Below are positions 50,945-58,774 of a stretch of 64,000 nt of DNA, piece after piece. This DNA is from Candidatus Subterrananammoxibius californiae (GTDB taxonomy: Bacteria; Planctomycetota; Brocadiia; Brocadiales; Subterrananammoxibiaceae), in contig JAURAC010000004.1 in NCBI GenBank assembly GCA_030586555.1, positions 1 through 64,000 of the forward strand, given 5' to 3'. The stretch's first letter is position 1, and every line of letters starts with the position of its first letter. A program made the translations under genes and the position numbers. The notes below the pieces were generated by a model that made no database searches, was not told where the DNA came from, and was given only the letters and a program-made list of their open reading frames with translations.

Positions 50945-51574
50945 CTAAAAATGGATGCCCGTAAAGAGGGCGAAAAAAAAGGTTATCGGGGGACCAAGGA
51001 CCGTACCCAGGATTGAGACCCCGCCCAGCCGTCCTAACATAATAATTCCCAAAAGGATAAAAGGACCATATCGGCTGAAATTTTCATAGCTTGAGACGTA
51101 TTCGTAAGGCAATAATCCCTTTAAAACGTGCGAACCGTCAAGTGGAAATAATGGAATCAGGTTGAAAAACGCAAGGATGAGACTTAGTCTAACGCTTAAA
51201 AGAAGCATAGCATAAACAGGGTCAGGCAACTTCACAAACTCATATACCAGCCTGAAAATTAAGCCAAGAGCAAAAGCAGAAATAAAATTTGATACAGGCC
51301 CTGCAGCAGAAACCAGCACATCATCCCGACGTGGATTCTTGAAATTGTAAGGATTTACAGGTACTGGCTTACCCCAACCGAATCCTGCAAATATAAAACA
51401 AATCGTACCAATGAGGTCAAGATGAGCAATAGGGTTCAGACTCAAACGTCCTTGTAACCTTGGCGTGGGGTCGCCAAGGCGGTTTGCAGTCCATGCATGA
51501 AAGTATTCATGTATCGTAAGCGCAAATAAAATTCCGGGCGCCATAAATAATAACGCCCTGAAGTCCATTCCCAA
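50945..51574 (-). CDS. Site-2 protease family (M50) membrane metallopeptidase
   Basis: HEYFH, GRLSLNPIAHLD, FGWGKPVP, AGP.SN, FNLIPLFPLDG. Confidence 0.92.
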   Translation of the reverse strand: MGMDFRALLFMAPGILFALTIHEYFHAWTANRLGDPTPRLQGRLSLNPIAHLDLIGTICFIFAGFGWGKPVPVNPYNFKNPRRDDVLVSAAGPVSNFISAFALGLIFRLVYEFVKLPDPVYAMLLLSVRLSLILAFFNLIPLFPLDGSHVLKGLLPYEYVSSYENFSRYGPFILLGIIMLGRLGGVSILGTVLGPPITFFFALFTGIHF

Positions 51575-51932
51575 TATTAATAAATCCCCTTATCCAATTA
51601 TTGTATAGAGTTACTAACCACAGGTTTTGCTCAATCTTAACATGAAGGAAAAGGATTGTCAAGCAAAGAAAAAGGTTTGTCTTTTTAGCATGGGTATGAT
51701 AGATTAAGGAAATAACTTACACCGGTTTGCAACTAATTCCAAAAGACCCTATGAAAAGACGAAACCTAATTATAACAAGTAGTCTTATTGACGGATTTTG
51801 TTTTATCAATTAATAAGGAAATTTCTTATTGCAGAATACTTCAATAAGGCGTTATAATATTGCAGGATTATGGAAAATCATGCAATAAGGATTGTGTTTA
51901 TTGCACAATCCTGCAATTAAGGTTTATAAGTA

Positions 51933-53102
51933 GTGAAGCACACAGATTTTATAAATTCAACATCAGGGAACTGCATAAAAACATCAAAAGGATATTGGGC
52001 ATTTATGCCTAATCCTCTGCCACCTCAAATTGATTACGACAAAAGCCTTATCAGACATCTTTCCGAGGCAGATAGATTATTAGGGGAATTGTCAGGAACA
52101 GGAAGATTGCTACCTAACCCTTATCTTCTAATTAACCCATATATTCATCGTGAGGCTGTGTCAAGTTCACGAATTGAAGGAACACAAGCCTCGCTTAGCG
52201 ACTTATTCTTCTTTGAAGCGGCAGAATTTGAAGAGCCTAAAGTACCCGATGTTCGAGAGGTTCGTAATTATGTTCGTGCTATGGAGTATGGGATTGACCG
52301 TTTGAAAGAATTACCTATATCCATAAGATTAATTCGTGAGATTCACAAGGTATTAATGGAAGGAGTCAGGGGCGAACAAGCTACACCTGGGGAACTTCGC
52401 CGTAGCCAGAACTGGATAGGACCACGGGGATGTCTACTTAATGAAGCCACCTATGTACCACCACCTATAAAAGAAATGGCACAGGCACTAAGCGATTGGG
52501 AAAAATATCTACACGCAAATCCCGATGAACCTCCATTAATCCAATGTGCCATGGCACATTATCAGTTTGAGGCAATCCACCCATTTCTCGATGGTAACGG
52601 ACGTATTGGAAGACTTTTAATTACTTTCTTTCTTTGTGAAAGAGGGTATCTAACTCAGCCGCTTCTTTATTTGTCAGCATTCTTTGACAGGTTTCGAGAT
52701 GAATATTACTCAAGGCTACTTGCTGTTAGCCAAAGGGGAGATTGGCGGGGTTGGATTGAGTTTTTCTTACGTGGAATGGCGAATCAATCAAAAGAGGCTA
52801 TATCAGATGCTAAGAAAATACTCGATTTGCATACAGAATATCAAGAGGCGCTCGAAAAAACAACTAAGAAAATCCCGGAATCTGCCCATAGGCTGATTGA
52901 TGAGATTTTTTTAAATCCTGTAATTTCTATCTCTGGACTGAGCAAAAAATGGAATATGTCTTTTAACTCCGTAAAAAAAGGTGTGTCGAGGCTTATTGAA
53001 ATAGGTATACTTCGTGAAGTTACAAAGAGAAAAAGAAAAAGACTCTTTATTGCGCACAAATTAATGAAGTTATTGACTTCGACAGACATAGTAAGACATT
53101 AA
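51933..53102 (+). CDS. Fic-family protein
   Basis: EAVSSSRIEG inhibitory-type motif, canonical HPFLDGNGRIGR, C-terminal HTH-like region. Confidence 0.92.
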   Translation: MKHTDFINSTSGNCIKTSKGYWAFMPNPLPPQIDYDKSLIRHLSEADRLLGELSGTGRLLPNPYLLINPYIHREAVSSSRIEGTQASLSDLFFFEAAEFEEPKVPDVREVRNYVRAMEYGIDRLKELPISIRLIREIHKVLMEGVRGEQATPGELRRSQNWIGPRGCLLNEATYVPPPIKEMAQALSDWEKYLHANPDEPPLIQCAMAHYQFEAIHPFLDGNGRIGRLLITFFLCERGYLTQPLLYLSAFFDRFRDEYYSRLLAVSQRGDWRGWIEFFLRGMANQSKEAISDAKKILDLHTEYQEALEKTTKKIPESAHRLIDEIFLNPVISISGLSKKWNMSFNSVKKGVSRLIEIGILREVTKRKRKRLFIAHKLMKLLTSTDIVRH

Positions 53103-53153
53103 CCGTTGGAAAGAAAAAATAGTAAAGTTTTGTTGAGCGTTTTTCAAAGAGTT

Positions 53154-53834
53154 TTAGGCGTAGAGTTTCTTCTCCATAATATACGCCTCCACGCATGACG
53201 GCACAAGGTACTTTATCCCCTGCCCATTTTTTATTCTTGCCCTTATATCTGTAGAGGATATGCCAATAGTGGGTATCTCAACCCTTAATTGTGCCATCTC
53301 CGACACCTTCTCATCTCCAAGTATCCCTGCCAATCGTGTCCCAATATCAGGCATACTTTCCTGCCTATTCACAGTAACAAAATGGCAAAGAGTCAAAAGG
53401 CGCTTCACATCCTTCCACGAAGGGAGTTCTTGCAATGTATCATCGCCCATAATAAGGTACAATTCACAACGACCCTTATATAATCCTAAGATTGATTCCA
53501 CGGTATCAATAGTGTACGACTTACCCGTGCGCTTAATTTCAATATCGGAAATTTCAAAATGCGGATTTCCATTAATGGCTTCCTTGACCATTTCATAACG
53601 GTGTGAGGCATCTGCCAAATCAGAAGGTGTCTTATGCGGGGGGTAACCCAGAGGTACAAACAACACCTTCGATAAGCGATGACAACGGTAAACCTCTTCA
53701 GCTACAATCAGATGTCCAATATGTATAGGGTTAAATGACCCGCCTAATATACCGAGCCTCACTTTCCCTCCTTGCGAAGGCGGGGATTGAGGGGTGGTGA
53801 TAAATTGTCCCGACCTTTTCATAACGGACATCAT
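53154..53834 (-). CDS. nadD: Nicotinate-nucleotide adenylyltransferase
   Basis: GILGGSFNPIHIGH, PPHK, SYTIDT, IMG.D, ISSTDIR; the N-terminus includes a repeat-derived stretch. Confidence 0.93.
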   Translation of the reverse strand: MMSVMKRSGQFITTPQSPPSQGGKVRLGILGGSFNPIHIGHLIVAEEVYRCHRLSKVLFVPLGYPPHKTPSDLADASHRYEMVKEAINGNPHFEISDIEIKRTGKSYTIDTVESILGLYKGRCELYLIMGDDTLQELPSWKDVKRLLTLCHFVTVNRQESMPDIGTRLAGILGDEKVSEMAQLRVEIPTIGISSTDIRARIKNGQGIKYLVPSCVEAYIMEKKLYA

Positions 53835-54063
53835 TATAGGAAAAGGCAGGATTATGTCAACCTAAATACATGTTTATTTTCCAACTGGGCAATGTCTATT
53901 TTAGGGCTCACATTTTTGAAAAAAAATAACGTATCAGAAAGCGGCTTATATCGCAATTTCAAGGCATGGGATTGTTCGCCACGGCGAATCCCGCCTGAGG
54001 TGGGTCTGTGGGAAGTCCCAGGGGCATCCTCTGGTAAATGCCTCAGGCATGACTTCGCCTTCG

Positions 54064-54351
54064 GCTCGCAATATCCAATACGAATGTTTCATGAATAGTA
54101 AGGTTCTGACAAATTCTCGAATGTCACCAAGGCAGATAAAAAAATATTGTGCGCTCGACCCCCATGCGGAGACGCTCCTGCACCAGGCAATGATAGAACT
54201 TGGCTTATCTGCCCGTGGATACAACAAGATTCTCAAGGTTTCCCGCACAATAGCAGACCTCGATCCGCCTCAGGCGGACGAAAACATCAAGGTCGAACAT
54301 ATCTCTGAAGCAATACAGTACAGGAGCCTGGATAGGGGGCTGTGGAGGTAA
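54064..54351 (+). pseudogene. comM: 3' fragment of ComM/YifB (Mg-chelatase-like AAA ATPase)
   Basis: ARNIQ.E.F...NSRM....IKKYC.L....[25 protein letters not shown]...[17 protein letters not shown]; most of the 5' gene is absent, with a repeat cluster upstream instead. Confidence 0.85.
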
Positions 54352-54666
54352 AGTTGAATCCCCCTCCTCTTAAAAGAGAACCTGGATACTGAAATAAGCA
54401 GAAATAAATCTGTCCCCTTTTCTCGAAATATGAAACCGAGAGGCAAGGCGAAGCTTGCCGCTTAGGTAAAATACACAGACTCTTGAAGTTTTTCTCTGGA
54501 TTTTTCATTTTTAAAGTGTCGGCCCAAAGCCATCTCATCTGAAATGACAAACTTTTACTACTTCGTTTTGTCGAAAAAAATATAAATTATATTGCATATC
54601 TGTAAAGAAAATGTACAATATATGGGACTAATAACTCATTAAACACCATTAGTTCATTTTAAAAAT

Positions 54667-55260
54667 ATGCAGGATAAGATATTTTCCAAGTTCAATATAT
54701 ACGATCAAATAGGTTATTTAATGGTAGGCGGTATAGGCCTCCTTGTAGTCATTGTAGACTTTCGTTTTCTTAATATTTCAAGCCTCCTTCCCCAGTTTAA
54801 TACACAAACTTTTATTGCCTGGTTTCTATTCGCATATTTTCTTGGTCACATACTACAAGCAATTTCAAATTTCTTAGTTATAGAAAATAAGTCAGAATTT
54901 TCCGCTTCTGAAGAAGAAATTTTAATTAAAGCCAAAGAGTACTTTGGTCTTGAAAAGCAATCCTCAGAAGAACTATATAAATATTGCTATATGCTATCTT
55001 CGGCAAAGGACATTACGGGACAAGTGCAATCCTTTAATGCTTACTATAGTCTTTACCGCGGCTGGTTTATAATTTTTACATTTGAATCAGTATTTCTCTT
55101 GGTATTTGTTATAGCAAATTGGTTTAGTTGGCATTTTATATCACTTGTTCTATCAATTTTATTGGCAATTTTATTTTTTATAAGGTTGAAACGGTTTTAT
55201 AATTATTCAAGAGCTAAAACATTGCAAACGTTTATCTTATTAACGAAGTTAGGACTATGA
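54667..55260 (+). CDS. Multi-pass (~4 TM) membrane protein, candidate defence effector
   Basis: Hydrophobic segments with FNIYD..GYL, AYFLGHILQAIS and FNAYYSLYR; ATGA overlap with the next gene. Confidence 0.7.
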   Translation: MQDKIFSKFNIYDQIGYLMVGGIGLLVVIVDFRFLNISSLLPQFNTQTFIAWFLFAYFLGHILQAISNFLVIENKSEFSASEEEILIKAKEYFGLEKQSSEELYKYCYMLSSAKDITGQVQSFNAYYSLYRGWFIIFTFESVFLLVFVIANWFSWHFISLVLSILLAILFFIRLKRFYNYSRAKTLQTFILLTKLGL

Positions 55261-56651
55261 TTAAATTTCATTTCTTAAATGTAGGACATGGAGATACAAC
55301 AATAATTGAACTTCCAGACGATGAGTTAATGCTGGTTGATTTTAACCGCGATATTGAATTTGATGATGAAACTGCCAAAGAATTGGCAGAAATATACAAA
55401 ATAGATTTTAACAAATTAGAAAAGAGTAAAAAATATTATTCTGAGATATCAAAGTATTATAATATATTACTTGATGATTCGCTGACCTATTTAAAAGAAA
55501 ATTTTGAGGATAAAAACATTTTTAGGTATATTCAGACTCACCCTGATATTGATCATCTTGCTGGTTTTAAAGCATTAACCGAAAATTTTTCGATTGTTGA
55601 TTTCTGGGATACAGACCATGAAAATATTGAGAAAACCGACTTTAAAAATGATTCAGATGAAGAGGATTGGAAACACTATCTTGAATTCAGGAAAAACAAA
55701 AAGAAAATATATTATAGATCATCAAATAAAATTAGTAGTAATGATCAAACTTATCCATACAAAATATACGTGTTTCATCCAACAAGGGAAGCTTTAGTAG
55801 ATGGAGATTCAAAAGAAAATCCCCAACCAAATTTTTTTAGTTACTTAATTTTAATTGATTACAATGGATTTAAGACTGTTTTAGGTGGTGATGTTACAGA
55901 AAAATATTGGAAAGATTTATGGGAATGGTTAGAAGATAACGAATCGGCTAAACAGTTGTTTAAAGACATTCATGTTCTTAAAGCTTCTCATCATGGAAGA
56001 AAATCTGGACGGTGTGGATGGGAAGAAAAGAAGATCTATAAAAGAGATTTTCTAAATTGGATGAATCCTGAAAACGTTATTATTTCTGTAGGCAAAAAAC
56101 CGGAAAATTGCGATGCAACAGAATGGTATAGAAAAAAGTCAGATGGTTCAAGCAGGAACGTGCTGACGACTAGATGGTATGGAACAGTTTGGTCTTCGTA
56201 TGATGGCACAACTCCATTCGATAAAGAAAAGATCAAAATAGAAACAAGGTATGACAGAAAAGATAGTGAAGACCACATAAAACAGTTAGCTATACCTATA
56301 AAGGAGTCAGGCTACACATTTAAAATTGGGGCTCAAAGATGTGCCTTGAAATCCGGTCCTTTTAGAGAGGAATATAAAAAAGGAGGGAGGGCACTAACAA
56401 AAAATATGTGGCTAAAGTTTTATGTCAAAAAAACTGATATACCAGAGCCATTTGAGGTTAAATGGAGGGTTGTTAATACAGGAGAAGAGGCAAGGCTTGC
56501 GGAAGATTTAAGGGGTAGAATTGAAGATGATAAAGGGTTTAAGGCTAAGAGAGAGCAAACAAAATATAAAGGAACGCATTTTATGGATTGTTTTGCCATA
56601 AAAGATGGAGTTTGTGTAGCAAAAGACAGGTTTTATGTTAATATAAAGTAA
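55257..56651 (+). CDS. ComEC/Rec2-type metallo-beta-lactamase-fold hydrolase fused to a C-terminal AGS-C domain
   Basis: FLNVGHGD, THPDIDH, GGD, LKASHHG, VIISVG; C-terminal L.K...LKF...VKWRVVNTGEEA...DLRG.I......EQTKYKGTHFMDCFAIKDG.CVA..RF.VNI is the AGS-C signature. Confidence 0.82.
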   Translation: MIKFHFLNVGHGDTTIIELPDDELMLVDFNRDIEFDDETAKELAEIYKIDFNKLEKSKKYYSEISKYYNILLDDSLTYLKENFEDKNIFRYIQTHPDIDHLAGFKALTENFSIVDFWDTDHENIEKTDFKNDSDEEDWKHYLEFRKNKKKIYYRSSNKISSNDQTYPYKIYVFHPTREALVDGDSKENPQPNFFSYLILIDYNGFKTVLGGDVTEKYWKDLWEWLEDNESAKQLFKDIHVLKASHHGRKSGRCGWEEKKIYKRDFLNWMNPENVIISVGKKPENCDATEWYRKKSDGSSRNVLTTRWYGTVWSSYDGTTPFDKEKIKIETRYDRKDSEDHIKQLAIPIKESGYTFKIGAQRCALKSGPFREEYKKGGRALTKNMWLKFYVKKTDIPEPFEVKWRVVNTGEEARLAEDLRGRIEDDKGFKAKREQTKYKGTHFMDCFAIKDGVCVAKDRFYVNIK

Positions 56652-57260
56652 ACTTTATCTATTGTTGTTTCATCCATCAAACGTCAAAGATTGCTTTATA
56701 ATGGTTTAATCTTTAATGATTTTAAAAAAGGCATCTATACCCGTACTTTGCATACCATAGTTAGGGGTAACTAAAGTGAAGCCGGATACGTTGTTTTTGG
56801 GGAAGCTGTGATACTATAAACGAACTACATTACCTTCTAAATCCACGAAATAAACAAGGGCCCACTATGGTTCTTTTCTCTGAACTCGAAGTGCCACTTT
56901 TTCAATCGGCCAAGTCTTATTTTTCCTCATTGCTGTCCAAAATAATTCAAAAGGCGAAAAGGGGACAGATTTATTTTTGAATCCCTCTCCTCTTAAAAGA
57001 GAATCTGGACACAAAATTTAGTTCATAGCTCATGGCTCATAGTTCTTAGTTTGAATATATCTCCCAAAAGTTCGTACTCTTTTGCACACCCTTTAGTCAC
57101 CTTTCATATTTGAACGCATGCATACCCTTGCCCCAAATCACTAAATTCTTACGTCACACCAATTTGAATCAATTGACCATGTCTCAATTTTCTGGCATTT
57201 TATTTGCTTTCTTGAATTAACACAGTATAATTCTTTGCATTGACAACGGGAGAATTCTTT

Positions 57261-58106
57261 ATGACACCAAGCATAATCTTAAAAGCTATCTTCTTCTTCA
57301 TGGGCGCCGTACTGATTATTGCAATGACTACTACCACTGTTTATTCCGCTCCACCACAGTACTGGGAGGTTCAAGATATTTTCTATAGCTATTGCACGCG
57401 GTGTCATTACAGCGAAGGGGCGGGGGACCTTGAGGCTGGGCTTGTGCTGAACTCTTATCAAGAGCTTATGGAGGGCGACAGCAAGCACGGTCCTGTCGTT
57501 ACCCCTGGGAATGCCGATGACAGCATATTAATACAAAAGATAGGATCAAATCCACCATTTGGCGCAAGGATGCCTTATAGCGGGGCTTACTTGAGCGAAG
57601 AGCAGATTAACACAATCAGGGATTGGATAAATGCAGGGGCTAACGGACCCACTCAAAAACGAATCGTAAAAAAGGTAGTGGCTTATCCAAGAGGCAATAT
57701 CATAAATATGAACAAGAGCGCCTGCGAAATAATTAAGCCTGTTGATGGAAATATAATAAAGATAAGGATGGGAACACGGGTGTTCTTTAAGACAGGCTAT
57801 GGATTTATATGGGCTGCAAATGCTCAAGGCTTGGCAAGATGCGAAATGAAGCTCTATATCAAGGAAGGGGACGTTTGGGTTCTTAAAGGTAATTCACCCA
57901 TTCTCAAAAAACAATCGTGGGGACCCAATCTAATGTCTTCTCCAATACACAGGTTCTCAAAAGTATTTGGGGTCTGGCAGAAATTCAATACGCCGGGAAC
58001 CTATGAGGTAAAGGCAGAGATATTTGCCTCTACAAAAGCAAAACTTGAACTCTCCCCACGGGATGCATTTTCTGAGGTCTTGTTGACGGTAATTGTTTCG
58101 CCATAA
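57261..58106 (+). CDS. Exported monoheme c-type cytochrome (planctomycete cytochrome c-like) with a C-terminal beta domain
   Basis: Signal peptide, VQDIF...CTRCH, GL.L.SY, V.PGNA..S.LI, RMP, L.EEQI..IRDWI.AGA. Confidence 0.82.
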   Translation: MTPSIILKAIFFFMGAVLIIAMTTTTVYSAPPQYWEVQDIFYSYCTRCHYSEGAGDLEAGLVLNSYQELMEGDSKHGPVVTPGNADDSILIQKIGSNPPFGARMPYSGAYLSEEQINTIRDWINAGANGPTQKRIVKKVVAYPRGNIINMNKSACEIIKPVDGNIIKIRMGTRVFFKTGYGFIWAANAQGLARCEMKLYIKEGDVWVLKGNSPILKKQSWGPNLMSSPIHRFSKVFGVWQKFNTPGTYEVKAEIFASTKAKLELSPRDAFSEVLLTVIVSP

Positions 58107-58122
58107 AACAGGAGATTCAAAC

Positions 58123-58749
58123 ATGACCAATTTGTCTTGCTTTGCACGGATAAACACAGTTTATCCGTGCCACCCTTTACCCCACCCAGAACCCAGGGTG
58201 GCATGGACAAATTCATTTGTCCGTGCCGTTCCCTGTGTAATAATTCTATTCTTTTCATCCGTATTCTTACAAGTCGGGGATAATTTTGCGGCAGGCGGCT
58301 GCCACTGGTGGGATACTGGTATTTATGAAGTGGGAGCGGGACGTTTGTGTATAATAAGCAATACGGAAGGTTCTGCCGAGAACTTCGCACAGGGAGATAC
58401 GTCAGGCAGATGCGGTCCCATAAAGGTAAATAAGGGGAGTACCGTTGCCTTTAAGTCTGGATTTGGGTACGAGATGGTATGGTATAGCAACGCCACAGGC
58501 ACACAATCATTAAGTGTAACGGTAGAGCTTTCCAGAGATGGGCAAAACTGGGAGTCTTACGACTCAACGGAACACCGCTATTTTGAGACAGGACCAAAAA
58601 TTCATGCTAACAGTGTTGACGTCTGGGTAGAATTCAACGAGGTCGGCACTGTCTACGTCAAAACAATCCTCACCGCCGTATCTCATCCCGTTGACGGGGC
58701 TGAACAGCAGGTTATAGATGAGGTCATTACAGAGGTTAATGTGGATTAA
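58123..58749 (+). CDS. Hypothetical exported protein paralogous to the C-terminal domain of the upstream cytochrome
   Basis: RBS AGGAG; shared IK...G..V.FK.G.G...W..NA.G and VW..FN..GT..VK..I; the N-terminus carries palindromic inserts. Confidence 0.65.
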   Translation: MTNLSCFARINTVYPCHPLPHPEPRVAWTNSFVRAVPCVIILFFSSVFLQVGDNFAAGGCHWWDTGIYEVGAGRLCIISNTEGSAENFAQGDTSGRCGPIKVNKGSTVAFKSGFGYEMVWYSNATGTQSLSVTVELSRDGQNWESYDSTEHRYFETGPKIHANSVDVWVEFNEVGTVYVKTILTAVSHPVDGAEQQVIDEVITEVNVD

Positions 58750-58774
58750 CCTGTTAGAAGACAGAAGGGAAAAA

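Larger units (their letters stand above)
54402..56976. mobile_element. Non-autonomous cargo cassette bounded by 21-bp perfect inverted repeats and flanked by 36-bp direct repeats
   Basis: IRs aaataaatctgtccccttttc (54402-54422) and gaaaaggggacagatttattt (56956-56976); DRs 54354-54389 and 56977-57012 match at 33/36; AT-rich interior; no transposase. Confidence 0.75.

Noticed and set aside
53870..54065. Possible riboswitch or ncRNA between nadD and the comM fragment
   Set aside because: The stems are accounted for by the dispersed palindrome families; no riboswitch consensus was recognised.
56652..56955. Possible third gene (for example a cyclase) in the MBL-AGS-C cassette
   Set aside because: No ORF of 60 aa or more and no nucleotidyltransferase or cyclase motifs were recognised; only short stop-interrupted frames.
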